Positions 18,115 through 29,309 of a DNA stretch of 64,000 nucleotides are shown here, piece after piece (within the stretch, counting starts at the first letter, position 1; every line of letters starts with the position of its first letter). The stretch is from Myxococcales bacterium (lineage in GTDB: Bacteria > Myxococcota_A > Polyangia > Polyangiales > DASUME01). Location of the stretch: contig JASGJH010000001.1 in assembly GCA_047601445.1 (NCBI GenBank), positions 9,376,001 through 9,440,000 on the forward strand. Direction: 5' to 3'. Made by a program: the position numbers and the translations under genes. The notes under the pieces were generated by a model that worked only from the letters and a program-made list of their open reading frames with translations, did not search any database and had not been told where the DNA came from.

Positions 18115-18771
18115 TCAAAGCCGTCCTGCGACGCCGAGCAACAGACCTCCTGCCACGGGCGTCGCCGATGCAGTCCAGGCTCGGCCTTTCGAGCGCGCTA
18201 CGGAAACGTGTTGGCGGTGCGCGTGATCGATTTCGAGGAACACCACGGGAATGGTAGCGACAGAAATCCCTAACGCAGTAAGCCCTCCGATGGCTGCTGT
18301 GCGGCTGTCACTGGTTTCTATCGCCGCGAGCAAGCCCCCAGTCCCAACGCCGAGCCCCAAGGCAGTTCCGAGCATGCCCATCCACCAGCGCCCGTGGCCT
18401 CCGAGGGCGTGGTGCGTGAAATAGCTGCTCAGGGTCGCGAGTGCCGGCGTGGTGACCAGAAAGGTGAAGCTGGCAGCGAGCCCAGCATTCAGGCCGCACC
18501 ATGGACCCAGCTCATCGTCGTCGACGGGCTCTTCGCGGCAGTTCTTCCCGGCTGCCCGACCGGCGAGATAGGCCGCGCCGAAGCCAAGTCCCGTACCGAT
18601 CGCAGAGCTACCCAGAGTCCAACCCCGACGGGACCATTTGGAAGCCGGAGGTTTCGCGACCGCCAGCTCGCGATCCAAGACGGGATGGGAGGCATCTTGC
18701 GCGCGCCCTCGCGTCGAAGACCCCAAAAGCAGAACGAAAGATAGGAGAGCAAGCGTCAGCGCACGCATCAT
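18115..18771 (-). CDS. Exported/membrane hypothetical protein
   Basis: Signal peptide MMRALTLALLSF..., Gly/Ala-rich hydrophobic helices, C-terminal GGLLLGVAGRL. Confidence 0.65.
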   Translation of the reverse strand: MMRALTLALLSFVLLLGSSTRGRAQDASHPVLDRELAVAKPPASKWSRRGWTLGSSAIGTGLGFGAAYLAGRAAGKNCREEPVDDDELGPWCGLNAGLAASFTFLVTTPALATLSSYFTHHALGGHGRWWMGMLGTALGLGVGTGGLLAAIETSDSRTAAIGGLTALGISVATIPVVFLEIDHAHRQHVSVARSKGRAWTASATPVAGGLLLGVAGRL

Positions 18772-19050
18772 GAGCGGCCTGAGCAAGGTGGATGCCAGCG
18801 CCGCCGGGAAAGCTCCGAACCTGGGCGCCCTCCAAATTGTCCGGCAATTCACGCGATTCTCGGGCAGGGCCAAATGTTCGGAGTGAGATGCTCTATGACG
18901 CCTGTGTCAGGGTGACGACGTCGGTGGCTGAACGTGGGCCCTGCGCTACTCGGTGCCGACCAGAGCAATGGAATAGTTAGGAATGTCGGGCGCCCTGCGC
19001 AGCTGCGCCCGCGCGCCAAGGCGCGCGGGCCTGTGCTAGCGTCGGCGCCG

Positions 19051-20211
19051 ATGAGAAGTTTGCGCGCGCTGATCGCGCTGGCGTTTCTGTTGTGGACCAG
19101 TGCGGCGCTTGCGGAGCCTGCGAATCGCTACGGTGCCAAGGGGCGCAGTGTGCTGATCACTGGCCTTTCTGCGGGCGTGACGGGGAGCGGGATGAGCTTG
19201 GCGCATCCGGCTTGGGGGGCTGCGGGCCGGCTCACGCTGGTGCACTTCGTGCGCGACAACTTCGCCATCGGTGGCACGTTCGCGGTTGCGGCGAATCACT
19301 TGGGCGGGTCCATGTTCGCAAACGAGCCGGTGACCTCCCGGGCGGGTGGGGACCTCGACGTGATTGGGCACGTCCCGCTGTCCCCGCGTACCAGCCTGCG
19401 CTTCTGGGGTTGGGGCGGTGTGCGTCAGGTGAGGAGCCGTCTGTCGAGCATCAACAACCCCTATGGGCCCGACGAAGTCGTGGTGGAGAAGTATCTGCAA
19501 GCGAACTTCGGCTTGGCGACCGAGGTCTTGTTGCACTTGTCGTCGAGCGTCGCCGTGGCCTTCGGGCCCTCGCTCTCGATGTTCGCTCCGATTTCTACCA
19601 TGTCGCGCTGGGACTGGTCCCTGAGTCTCGGTCCCAACGTGAACTACTCCTTCGGGGCTCCCCCGAGTGCGGGCCCCAACGACCAGCAGGCCAAGCTCGT
19701 GCCGGCGCGCTTCGCTGCACGCGGTCGCAACGTGCTCAGCGGCGGCTGGAACGTCGGCCGTCAAACGGGCGCAGCGCTGGGCTTTGCGCGCTTCGTCACG
19801 GACCATTTCGCGCTCGGCCCGCACCTGCAGGGCGGCGCGAACTTCGACGACCGAAACGTGGGGACGCCCTACTGGGTCGCCATGGGGCTGCAGATGTTGG
19901 CGGAGCTCCCGCTCCGGGGCCGTTGGTCGCTGCTGTTCTTGCCCGAGCTAGACTATCGCTACGATCGCAGCGTGGTGACCAGCCGTATGCCCGCTGGATC
20001 CTACGGACCGCCGGTCTTGCAGCGCCTGGCCACCAGTCACGGGGTTCAGATTTCAGGCGCCATCGTGCCCGTGTTCCACGTCTTCGAGGCCCTGGTGCTC
20101 GGCGTGGGGCCCTACGTCACGCAGCAGGTGCGCCTCGCTTCGAGCGTCGACACACTGCCCACGGGCTATCTCTTGGTGGGAGCCACCAGCGTGCTGGCCG
20201 GCTCGTTCTGA
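19051..20211 (+). CDS. Putative outer-membrane beta-barrel protein with internal duplication
   Basis: Signal peptide (ALA-E), alternating beta-strand pattern, C-terminal Phe, two homologous halves. Confidence 0.65.
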   Translation: MRSLRALIALAFLLWTSAALAEPANRYGAKGRSVLITGLSAGVTGSGMSLAHPAWGAAGRLTLVHFVRDNFAIGGTFAVAANHLGGSMFANEPVTSRAGGDLDVIGHVPLSPRTSLRFWGWGGVRQVRSRLSSINNPYGPDEVVVEKYLQANFGLATEVLLHLSSSVAVAFGPSLSMFAPISTMSRWDWSLSLGPNVNYSFGAPPSAGPNDQQAKLVPARFAARGRNVLSGGWNVGRQTGAALGFARFVTDHFALGPHLQGGANFDDRNVGTPYWVAMGLQMLAELPLRGRWSLLFLPELDYRYDRSVVTSRMPAGSYGPPVLQRLATSHGVQISGAIVPVFHVFEALVLGVGPYVTQQVRLASSVDTLPTGYLLVGATSVLAGSF

Positions 20212-21524
20212 GCGCGGACTCTGCAGACGGCACATACGCACAGGGCCACGATGCCCAGCGACAGGTAGGGCGCGATGGGGCCTATCTGCAGGCGCTGCTC
20301 GATTTGTAGGGCGCGGCTCTCGACGGCGATCACGAGCACCGCCAGAGCCGAGAGCCAGCGCTGACGAAATGTCGCGGCGAGGACCACCACGGGCGTGTAC
20401 ATCACCAGGTCGTATCCATGTTGGGGCGTGAAGGCGATCTCGAGCGCGGCCAATAGGCAGAGCTGCCAGAGGGGATTCAACAGCAGAGATCTCGCTCCGT
20501 CGGCATGAGCTGGAACCTCGGCGTGGGTTGCAAGCCATCGCTTGGCAAGCACGAGCGCGACGACCGCCACCATACCCAGGAGCGGCCCCATAAGCAGCGG
20601 CAAGCGATGCGGGGCGAACCCCGCCAGGAGCGGCGACACGTTGTAGAACTCAGAGGGCTTCATGAAGTCCATGCCGAGATGCAAGTCGTAGGCATGGCGA
20701 AACTGTTCCGGGAACACGGAGAGCCCACTCGGGATCAGCCCGATCACGCTCACGAGCAGCGCGGCCGCGCCCGCCTGCAACACAGGCTTGTGGCTACCGT
20801 CGAGCAGCAGAAAGAGCAACGGCAGGAGACAGATCTGCGGCTTGAGCGAGGCCACGAAGACGGACAGCACAAGCAGGCCCGAACGCTTCTCCTCTCGAGC
20901 CCAGAACGCGGCGCATACCCCGAGCAGCGGCAGAAGCGAGAGCTGACACTCGTACAGGCACCACCGCACCGCGCCATTGAGGCCGGTCAGCGCCACGAAG
21001 GCCCAGATGAGGACCTCGGGCGTGCGCGGCGCGAGCCGCTGGACCATACGCACCGCGAGCAGGCAAGTGAGTCCATAGGAGACCACGTTGACCAGGTCCC
21101 AGATGCGGCATGCGAGGGGCCACGGCAGCACTCCGAGTGGCGCAGCCAACAAGGCCCAGTGCGGTGGATACACGAAGGGCCCGGGCGGTGGCTGTCCGTG
21201 GGCCCACGAGGGCACCACGAATGCCCACTCGGCGTGCCAGCGTGGAATGTCGTAGGGAGAAAAGCCGTGGGCCCACGCGCGTCCGGCGGCGTACACGAAG
21301 GCGAAGTCGTTCGCGCCGCGCACCAGCTCACGCAGAGGCCAGAGGCTGTACAAGGCAGAGGCGAAGAGCATCAGGCCTACGACGCACCAGGCATGCGTGC
21401 TGTCGTTCGGGTGCCACCAGGTGTGGAGACCACGACGCGGCGGCCGAAGCGCGCCGTCGGACGCGGGGGGGAAGGGGCGAGTGAGCATGCTGTGCTGGTT
21501 GCCCTGCTGAACTCGTCGGTTCAT
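20166..21524 (-). CDS. Glycosyltransferase family 87 (DUF2029-like) membrane protein
   Basis: NDFAFVYAAGRAW, FVYPP..ALLAAPLGVLP, SLKPQ, HGYD; polytopic. Confidence 0.85.
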   Translation of the reverse strand: MNRRVQQGNQHSMLTRPFPPASDGALRPPRRGLHTWWHPNDSTHAWCVVGLMLFASALYSLWPLRELVRGANDFAFVYAAGRAWAHGFSPYDIPRWHAEWAFVVPSWAHGQPPPGPFVYPPHWALLAAPLGVLPWPLACRIWDLVNVVSYGLTCLLAVRMVQRLAPRTPEVLIWAFVALTGLNGAVRWCLYECQLSLLPLLGVCAAFWAREEKRSGLLVLSVFVASLKPQICLLPLLFLLLDGSHKPVLQAGAAALLVSVIGLIPSGLSVFPEQFRHAYDLHLGMDFMKPSEFYNVSPLLAGFAPHRLPLLMGPLLGMVAVVALVLAKRWLATHAEVPAHADGARSLLLNPLWQLCLLAALEIAFTPQHGYDLVMYTPVVVLAATFRQRWLSALAVLVIAVESRALQIEQRLQIGPIAPYLSLGIVALCVCAVCRVRAQNEPASTLVAPTKR

Positions 21525-21671
21525 TCGGCCCGCGGCTGCCCGTTCCGCAACACAAGCGCACGCTCGTCATGCTCCAAAATGCGCGCGCGCGTGGCAGCGT
21601 GCCGCGCACGCTCTTCGGATGATCACCACGGCCGGCCTCTTACTCGGATCGATGACGCCGTTGCGTGAGTC

Positions 21672-23570
21672 CTAGGAGGGCTCGATGTCAGGGGCGCGTG
21701 GGCGGTTCATGCTCGAGGCTCGCTCAATGGCGCGCGCAATCTCGGCCCCGCTGAAGGGCTTCGTGACGAAGCCCGCCAGGCCCTCTTCGCGGAGCTCGGC
21801 GAGGGTCGTTTCCGCCATCAGGCCCGAGCACAGCACGACCGGCACATCCGGTTCGATGGCATGCAGCGCTTCGAAGCACTGGCGACCGTTCATGTCGGGC
21901 ATGGCCATGTCGAGCACCACGCAGGCATAGGGATCACCCCCGCCCCTGAAATGAGCTAGCACATCCCGTGCGTGCGACATGGTGTCTACCTCGTAGCCGA
22001 GTTGACGAAGCAGAGCCCCCGAGACCTCGCGAATCATCTGCTGGTCGTCGACGATCAGGACACGCTTGCGCTCGCGTGGTCTCGTGACCGTAGTGTCGTC
22101 GCTCACCGCCTCGGGTGCCTGCTGGCTGGCACGAGGCAATAGGATTTCGAAGGTCGTACCCTGACCCTCGAGGCTCTCGACCGAGATTGCCCCGTGATGT
22201 TCGGCGAGAGCGCCATAAGTGGACGCGAGGCCGAGGCCGGTGCCGTGGCCCACGGGTTTGGTGGTGAAGAACGGCTCGAAGAGATGGCGCTGGATCTCGG
22301 CGGACATCCCGATGCCCGTGTCGCTGATGCGGACGCAGAGGTAGTCGCCGGGCTTCAAGCCGCGCGCAACCGCCTCGGCACTGTGCTCTTCGAAGCGGAG
22401 GTCGGCACTGGTCACGCGCAGCTCGCCGCCCTCTGGCATGGCATCACGCGCATTGATGCACAGGTTGAGCAGCGCGGCGTGAAGCTGCGCGTGGTCCCCC
22501 ACCACGACCGGACGTGCGGCGTGCAGCGCGCACGCGATGCGGATCCGTGGGTCGAAGGTACGCTCCGCGAGGACGAGCGTGGCGCTCACCAGTTCGTGAA
22601 GGTTGATGGGCTCGGAGCTCTTGCGGCCGCGGCGTGAGTAGGAGAGCAGTTGCGAGGTGAGCTCCTTGGCCCGCTGACCGGCGTCTTGTACGATGGCGAG
22701 CAGGCGGGCGGCGCTCGACTCTCTGTCGAGACTGCGGCCCAGCAATTCGGCCGCACCCAGGACACCCGAGAGCAAGTTGTTGAAGTCGTGTGCGATGCCG
22801 CCGGCGAGCTGTCCCAGGGCTTGCAGCTTCTCGGCGTGCTGCTGCTGCGCCTCGATTCGCGCCAGGCGATCCGCGAGCAGTCGCTCGCGCCCGGCGAGCC
22901 ACAGCGCGAGCAGCGCGATCGTGGATGGATAGGCAATTAGCACGAGGCCGATCCCCCGCGACCAGCCGGTCATCCCGACGACCACGTCCCACAGCCAGAA
23001 GCCGAGCCACAGGGTGCAGGTGCAGATCACTGGCAACCGGTTCTCGACCTGGCTGCGGTTGCGAAGCGCGTCGTATAGCGGCATCGCACTCACGCTGGCC
23101 GTCACGAAGTGGAGGAGCGCGATCCCTCGCCAGTTTGCTGGTCCAAGCTCCTCGTGAACGCGCTCGCCCCACGGAGTGAGCCGTAGTGCCACGCCCACCA
23201 GATGGGTATGGCGCAACGCGCCCGGTGACACGAGCGCCGCGACGGATAACGCCAGACAGGCGAACGCGGATAGCCGATAGCGACCAGGTGGACGACCATA
23301 CAAGAGGCAGCCGAAGAAGAGAACCGAGCAAGCGCTTGCCCATGTGACGCTTACTCCGGCCGCGTGAGCGAGTTGCCGCATGGTGGAGAGATCGCTCGTC
23401 CGAGCGATCGCGGCGCACACGCCCGCGAAGAGCGACCCACACAGTGCCATCCCGGCGAAGGCCAGCAGCGTGCGCTCCGTGCGGCGGCGCAGTGCCAACA
23501 GAAAGGCAACGCCACCCGCGGTGGCGAAGCCGCCGCTCAAGAACATCAGGGCGTCCACGACGCGCGGCAC
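21672..23570 (-). CDS. Membrane-bound hybrid histidine kinase / receiver
   Basis: About 7 TM segments, [36 protein letters not shown], receiver VLIVDD...LDMAMP...KPF. Confidence 0.93.
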   Translation of the reverse strand: MPRVVDALMFLSGGFATAGGVAFLLALRRRTERTLLAFAGMALCGSLFAGVCAAIARTSDLSTMRQLAHAAGVSVTWASACSVLFFGCLLYGRPPGRYRLSAFACLALSVAALVSPGALRHTHLVGVALRLTPWGERVHEELGPANWRGIALLHFVTASVSAMPLYDALRNRSQVENRLPVICTCTLWLGFWLWDVVVGMTGWSRGIGLVLIAYPSTIALLALWLAGRERLLADRLARIEAQQQHAEKLQALGQLAGGIAHDFNNLLSGVLGAAELLGRSLDRESSAARLLAIVQDAGQRAKELTSQLLSYSRRGRKSSEPINLHELVSATLVLAERTFDPRIRIACALHAARPVVVGDHAQLHAALLNLCINARDAMPEGGELRVTSADLRFEEHSAEAVARGLKPGDYLCVRISDTGIGMSAEIQRHLFEPFFTTKPVGHGTGLGLASTYGALAEHHGAISVESLEGQGTTFEILLPRASQQAPEAVSDDTTVTRPRERKRVLIVDDQQMIREVSGALLRQLGYEVDTMSHARDVLAHFRGGGDPYACVVLDMAMPDMNGRQCFEALHAIEPDVPVVLCSGLMAETTLAELREEGLAGFVTKPFSGAEIARAIERASSMNRPRAPDIEPS

Positions 23571-23712
23571 GCTCGATTCCCCTCCGGTCGAGTCCCGCGC
23601 ACGCGGGTCGCGGCAAAGAATAGGTGGACACCCGTGAGCCAACGAAATGTGGGCGTTCGTGGAAACGACTTGGGCGGCGAACCCGAAACACCCGTGGATC
23701 CAGTGTCGGCAG

Positions 23713-24606
23713 CTAGCGCGAGGCCTCGGCGATCAGTCCTCGGAAGAACTGCGCCGCCGGGTCCCGATCCGTCCGCGGATGCCAGAACATATGGATCGGT
23801 CGCGAACCCATCGCGAGCGGTGGCGTTCTGATCGCGAGCGGCAGATAGTCGACGTACCGTGCGGCCAGTCTCGCAGATAGGGTGGCGACGTAGCCGGTCT
23901 GCAGCACCACCCACGGCGCAAGCGAGAAGTGCGGAACCGTGAGCGCGATGTCGCGGGAGATGCCGCGCTTGGCGAGGCCGATGTCGATGGGATCACGCGT
24001 ATGGTCCAGCACCCGCACGCGGACATGCCTTGCTTGTCGGTACTCGCGCATGCTCATTTTGGCGGGGCGTCCTTCGCGACGCGTCAGACACACCAGGTGC
24101 TCTTCAAAGAGGGCGCGCTTGAAGCAGCCCCTCGGCATTTCGGGAGGACTTCCGACGTGAACGTCGACGTCGCTCGCGAGGCCGCCACCCTGCACGAACT
24201 GTTCGAGTGAGATTTGGCGTAGACGCGCATGGGGCGCCCGCTCGCGTAGCAGCGCCGTCAACGGTGGCACCACGACCACCCCGTAGTAGTCCGCACAGGC
24301 GAGCGTGAATTCGCGGGAGCTGCTCGCCGCGTCGAACCGCGGCGCAGGCTCGAGCAGCGTACCCAGGTCACCGACGAGTTGGTTCAGCCTGGGCGTGAGC
24401 TCTGCCGCGCGCGGCGTCGGCGTAAGGCCCCGTGCGTGGCGCACGAGCAGCGGATCCCCGAACGCGTCGCGCAGCCGCGCCAGTGCGTTGGAGACTGCCG
24501 ACTGCGTCACGCCGAGACGCTTCGCCGCACGCGTCGCACTGCGCTCCGCGAGCAGCGCATGCAGAACCACGAGCAGATTGAGGTCCACCGACGCGATATT
24601 CACCAT
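23713..24606 (-). CDS. LysR family transcriptional regulator
   Basis: VDLNLLVVLHALLAERSATRAAKRLGVTQSAVSNALARLR HTH. Confidence 0.95.
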   Translation of the reverse strand: MVNIASVDLNLLVVLHALLAERSATRAAKRLGVTQSAVSNALARLRDAFGDPLLVRHARGLTPTPRAAELTPRLNQLVGDLGTLLEPAPRFDAASSSREFTLACADYYGVVVVPPLTALLRERAPHARLRQISLEQFVQGGGLASDVDVHVGSPPEMPRGCFKRALFEEHLVCLTRREGRPAKMSMREYRQARHVRVRVLDHTRDPIDIGLAKRGISRDIALTVPHFSLAPWVVLQTGYVATLSARLAARYVDYLPLAIRTPPLAMGSRPIHMFWHPRTDRDPAAQFFRGLIAEASR

Positions 24607-24670
24607 CGTGATGGATGGTAACACCAATCATCACTACCCATGAACTGGCATGCGGGGCACGATCGGCGAC

Positions 24671-25033
24671 ATGAAGCTCAACCACATGGATCTCTTGGTG
24701 CGCGACGTCCCGGCGACGGTCGCGTACTTCGAACGGTACTTCGGGCTGGCGGCGCGCACGAAGGCCGACTCTTCGGCGCTCGCGGTCCTCACGGATGGCG
24801 AGGGCTTCACCCTCGTGCTCCAGCACGCCGAGGATCCCAAGTACCCCGGTCACTTTCATCTCGGTTTTCTCATCGACGATGTCGAGGGCGTGTACGCCCT
24901 TCAGGAGCGCGCGCGTGCCGATGGGGTCGACGTGAGTGACGTGATCGTGAACGGGCGAGGCACGATGACGTACTTTCGTGCACCCGAGGGCTACTACGTC
25001 GAGGTGAGCTGCCACAAGCGCCGCTTTGCGTGA
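24671..25033 (+). CDS. VOC/glyoxalase family protein
   Basis: MKLNHMDLLVRDV...FHLGF...YFRAPEGYYVEV; divergent from the LysR gene. Confidence 0.9.
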   Translation: MKLNHMDLLVRDVPATVAYFERYFGLAARTKADSSALAVLTDGEGFTLVLQHAEDPKYPGHFHLGFLIDDVEGVYALQERARADGVDVSDVIVNGRGTMTYFRAPEGYYVEVSCHKRRFA

Positions 25034-25085
25034 GGCGCGGCGAAGACGATGTCGAGTTGGCACACCGCTTGTATTGTCGAGCCCG

Positions 25086-25709
25086 ATGAAGCTTCTGTTG
25101 AGCCATTCTGTGCCAAGAGCGTCCTCACGGGCTGCCCTGGTCCTACTTCTTGTAGGCTGCTCCGACACCGCGAAGACGGATCTTGATGCAGGTATCCATC
25201 CAGAGATGGACGGTTCGCAAGTCGACGACGGCGGCCCACAAGGGGAATGGGACGCTAGCCCACAAGACGTATGGCACGCTGACGACAAGGGATTCGCGGT
25301 CAGGTCCACAGGCGGATTTCCGTTGCCTGAGAGCCCGGATGCAGGCTGCCACGGGTATGACGTAACCATCACGTTCACTGCGCCGAGCTCCCTCGTCTCC
25401 ACAGGATGTGAGGCGGGGATGATCAGAGATTGGAGTCTCGAGCTCAGCGACAGCCAGGAGCAGCAGCTGTTGGGCGAGCTCGAGGCGTTGAGGACGACCA
25501 ACAAGAGATGGTGCACCTACGACGCGACGGATGAAACTCTGACCGTCTATGACCGCACCGGCGCTGCGCGCCAGTACGAGAGCAACATCGACTGGGGTTG
25601 CAATGAGAACCCGCCGCCGGGGACGATGCTCATCGACTATACCTACGGTCCTGAGGGGCAGTTCCTTCGTTTTCTGTTCAGCTTGAGGCCTGCGGCTGAC
25701 GGGGGATGA
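25086..25709 (+). CDS. Hypothetical lipoprotein
   Basis: LVLLLVGC lipobox, D/G-rich linker, Cys-containing domain. Confidence 0.65.
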   Translation: MKLLLSHSVPRASSRAALVLLLVGCSDTAKTDLDAGIHPEMDGSQVDDGGPQGEWDASPQDVWHADDKGFAVRSTGGFPLPESPDAGCHGYDVTITFTAPSSLVSTGCEAGMIRDWSLELSDSQEQQLLGELEALRTTNKRWCTYDATDETLTVYDRTGAARQYESNIDWGCNENPPPGTMLIDYTYGPEGQFLRFLFSLRPAADGG

Positions 25710-25759
25710 GGGACGGCGTCACTGTCACAGGCCGCGACGCGAAAGCTCTCGCAACTCCT

Positions 25760-27236
25760 TCAATGCACGTGCCCCGTCGCGTTCGGCTGGGCTACGTGCA
25801 ACATGCCCATCATGCCGAAGTCGGCGTGGTCCAGAATGTGACAGTGCAGCATCCACATTCCCGGCCGGTCATCGAAGGTCACGGCGATACGTGATGTGGT
25901 GCGCCTCGGAAGATTCAGGGTGTCTTTCCATTCGCCCACGGCCGGCACTTCGCCAGCGCGTTCGAGGACCTGAAAGCGAAAGCCATGCAGGTGGAAGGGG
26001 TGGTCGTAGTCGGTCTGATTGTCGAGCACCCACACGTGCGTCTCTCCGACCTGTGCCATGAGCATGAAGGGGTCTTCCGAATACACCTGGTGGTTCAAGC
26101 CAAACACACCGTCGCCGTTGGCTCGCGTGTCCTGAGTCATGGCAATGGTGTGCTCCACCGCCCGAGATACGTCGATGGGCGCGATGGTGGCGAGCTGATC
26201 GGGCAAGTCGGGAGCGGTGCCGCCGTCCTCCACGACTTCGATGCGCAGGAGCGGAGTCGACTGTTCGCAGGCAGGCCCGCCACACGAGAACCGGTCGTAG
26301 GGCAGGGCCTCCAGCAAGTGAACACTTCCCACGGGGCCTTGCGGCACGAGCACGGCCTCGCTGCGCTCTCCCGGTACAACGAGCATGCTCTGGTGCTGCT
26401 CCGGACGCTCGAGGAAGCCGCTGTCGCCCGCTACACGCGCAAGTTGGTGTTCGGCGACGGCGAGCCGAAAGTAGCGCGCGACGGCTGCGTTGATGAAACG
26501 TAGTCGGAGAGGCGCCCCCGCACGCACGCGGATGCTCGGCAGGCTACGACCATTGACCTGCACCTCCTGTCCCTGATGGCCGAAGAAGGCGCCCACGAAA
26601 TCCGCAGGATCGATCGCTTGCAGCTCAGCGCCGGCCAGTGCGAGATCGCTGAGTATCAGCACAGCCTCCATGCCCAGCTCCGGTTCCTCTGGGCCGTCGA
26701 CGATCAGCGCTCCGTAGAGTCCACGCCACACCTGCTTCGAAGAATTTCATGTGGGGGTGGTACCAGTAGGTGCCAGCGCGCGGGACCACGAATTCGTAGT
26801 CGAAGGTTGAACCCGGCGCGACGGACGAGTGCTGCGGGTCAGCGCCATCCATGGCCGCGGGTACTTCCAGGCCGTGCCAGTGAATCGTGGTGGGCTCGGG
26901 CAAATCGTTGCGAAAGTGAACGCGCAAGCGGTCGCCCACATGCACTCGAATCAAGGGCCCAGGGACCGAGCCGTTGTAGGCCCAGCGTTCGACCTCTATT
27001 CCTGCAGCACCGGTGGGCAGGCGGGTGACTGACGCCGTCAGAGAGACTTCCACCACCCCTTCCGCTGGATCCTGATCGTCCAGCTCGGTCATGCGCAGGG
27101 CATCATCCCAGTGCTCGGGCTGCGTGTTCGCGGATGCCGCGGAGTCCTCTTCGTGGCCTCGATTGTCGGCAGCACACATCGACAGTGGAAGGAGCGCAAT
27201 CAACGCGACCAAACGGGCTCGCCATGGGGACAACAT
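25760..27236 (-). pseudogene. Multicopper oxidase (laccase-like), split by a one-base frameshift at 26745-26747 (real or sequencing error)
   Basis: All four copper motifs present: TTIHWHG and YWYHPH in one frame, HPFHLHG and MLHCHILDHADFGMM in the next. Removing one A gives [20 protein letters not shown]. Confidence 0.88.
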
Positions 27237-27275
27237 GCAGCCATCCTGGCATGGGTTCGGTCTCCATGCTCCGCC

Positions 27276-27380
27276 GCGCAGACCTTTCGCCACAGGCGAC
27301 CCGCCGCGCATGTTTTGCGCCGCGCACCACGAGCATTCGGGCCGAAACAAGCGCGATTGGCGGATGGTGCGCGAGCTGCA
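27276..27380 (+). promoter_or_regulatory. Paired GCGCA-N5-TGCGC boxes plus putative sigma-54 promoter
   Basis: GCGCAGACCTTTCGC (27276-27290), GCGCATGTTTTGCGC (27306-27320), TGGTGCGCGAGCTGCA (27365-27380; GG-N10-GC). Confidence 0.55.
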
Positions 27381-27395
27381 TAGGAGAGGGGCATC

Positions 27396-28193
27396 ATGTC
27401 GTATCCGCCCGTTCGTGCGCAGCGTGCTTCTCTTTGGCCTCGGGAACACGGGGCCTATGTCCAGCTGCTTGGTCCGCTGTTGATTGCTCTCTTCTTCGTG
27501 CGGCCCTCGGCCACGACGCTCACTTGGGCGGTCATGGTCGTGTGTCTGTTTCTGCTACACGAGCCGGTGATGTTGCTGCTCGGTCGGAGGGGGGAGCGCG
27601 CCAAGGCGGAGCTAGGCTTCCTGGCCCGTCACCGAGCCGAGTGGTTGGGAGTCGTTGCCGCCGTGACTGGCTTCGGAGGACTCACGCAGGCCTCGTGGGA
27701 GGCGGCCCTCTGGTTCGTTGTTTCGCTCGGCTTCGCGTTGCTGAGCGCGCGATTTTTGTTCGCCAAGCAGGAGCGTACGGTGCGCGGCCAGCTCGTGGTG
27801 GGCGTCGCGCTCGCGAGCTTCACCATGCCCATGCTGGTTTCGTCGGCGGTGCCGAGCGCACGAGCGCTGTGCCTGACAGGAACCTTGGCGCTCACGCACG
27901 CGCTCGGGTGCATCACCGCCCGTGGCGTCATCTACCGCAAGCAGGATGCAGGGCGCTTGCTGCACGTGGCCGCGTTCGCGGCATTCCTCGCGGCTCTTCT
28001 ACTCGGGCTCGTGCACCGGAGCGTGATGCCGCTTGCCTGGTCGCTCGCTCCCTTGCCGTTCGCCGGCATCGCCGGGGCGCTGGCGTTGGGCCTGTTTTCT
28101 CCGCGTTCGCCGAAACCGGTCGGTTGGGCCCTCACGGCCGCGAGCTGCGTCGCAATGCTGCTGTTTGGGTGGGGCTTCGCGGGCTCGGGGTGA
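27396..28193 (+). CDS. YwiC-like membrane protein
   Basis: N-terminal PREHGAY.QL..P motif, polytopic, C-terminal K.VGW. Confidence 0.8.
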   Translation: MSYPPVRAQRASLWPREHGAYVQLLGPLLIALFFVRPSATTLTWAVMVVCLFLLHEPVMLLLGRRGERAKAELGFLARHRAEWLGVVAAVTGFGGLTQASWEAALWFVVSLGFALLSARFLFAKQERTVRGQLVVGVALASFTMPMLVSSAVPSARALCLTGTLALTHALGCITARGVIYRKQDAGRLLHVAAFAAFLAALLLGLVHRSVMPLAWSLAPLPFAGIAGALALGLFSPRSPKPVGWALTAASCVAMLLFGWGFAGSG

Positions 28194-28240
28194 TGCTTCG
28201 AACGTGAGCTCCGGCCCCTGTTCAGAGCGGTACGTGCCTG

Positions 28241-28777
28241 TCAGCGAAACGCCCAGCTCATCCGAAACTGGCCCTCGCCGAATGGCGTCAGCTGGTGGTA
28301 CTTGCCGAGGTAGAAATCCCAGAACGGCCCGTAGCGAACGTCGACTCCGAGTTGCCACGTTCGCGCAAACTGCACAGCCAGGCCGAACACGCCGAACACA
28401 CTGGGACACTGGTTCCAGAGCGAAGCTCCCACACCGAGCAAGGGCACCAAGCCATCGAAGGGTGCGCGAGCGGCGACTTCGGCTCGCAGACGGCCAAAGG
28501 AATTGAGAGAATGGCGGTCCACCATGGCGCCATAGCCCACGGCCACGCGGCCAACGAAGTACTTGAGGGGTGCCCATGCGAGGCCAAGGTCGAGCGCGAG
28601 CCCCCCCTCGAGCGCGCTCGGCCCCTCACCCATCACGACCACCCCGGAAGCAACCTCGAGACTCAATGTGCGCTCTTGGGGAGCCTTGCTGGGAGATTCC
28701 GGCGCAGGCTCTGGTTCGCTGGCATGGACAGGGCTCGTCAGGGACAGCAGGGTGCAGACGAAGAAAACTCGGAGCAT
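28241..28777 (-). CDS. Putative small outer-membrane beta-barrel protein
   Basis: Signal peptide (VHA-S), amphipathic strands, C-terminal FRMSWAFR. Confidence 0.55.
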   Translation of the reverse strand: MLRVFFVCTLLSLTSPVHASEPEPAPESPSKAPQERTLSLEVASGVVVMGEGPSALEGGLALDLGLAWAPLKYFVGRVAVGYGAMVDRHSLNSFGRLRAEVAARAPFDGLVPLLGVGASLWNQCPSVFGVFGLAVQFARTWQLGVDVRYGPFWDFYLGKYHQLTPFGEGQFRMSWAFR

Positions 28778-28883
28778 GTCGCTACCATACCTTAGGGCTG
28801 GGCGCGCTGCTTTCCGTATCATCCCGTGCGAGGACCCGGCTGTTCATAGGGGCGCCGACGGCCTGCGCGAGAAGCTCCGATGA

Positions 28884-29309
28884 TCAGAACGGTTTGGTCT
28901 CCATCAACACGGTAGTGGCTGCGATCAGCAGGCACATCACCCAGGCACGTCGCGCGATGCCACGTAGGGTCGCTTGCTCTTCTAGAGTGTCGCGCTGGCG
29001 CAGAGCAACGCGGGTTCGAGCATGGATGGCGCCTAGCGCGAGCAGCTCGAAGAACGAAACACGGAACCACCAGAAATCGTGGTATGGCCCGCCCAGGCTC
29101 CATTCGATGAGCACCCCTGTGACCATCATGGTGATGAGACCGGCGGTCGTGCCCTGCACCAGGATTCGCAGAAGCTCCCATGTCTGGGGTCCAATCGGTG
29201 ATGGAGTCGCGCGCGAAGAGGACGCAACGACTGCGATCCCCACCACCTGCCCGAGCCCCAGAATGGCTCCGATGACATGAATCGAAAGAAGAAATGCGTA
29301 AAGGGTCAT
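28884..29309 (-). CDS. Four-TM membrane protein (DUF2269-like)
   Basis: YAFLLSIHVIGAILGLG...VTGVL...VLMETKPF pattern. Confidence 0.7.
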   Translation of the reverse strand: MTLYAFLLSIHVIGAILGLGQVVGIAVVASSSRATPSPIGPQTWELLRILVQGTTAGLITMMVTGVLIEWSLGGPYHDFWWFRVSFFELLALGAIHARTRVALRQRDTLEEQATLRGIARRAWVMCLLIAATTVLMETKPF

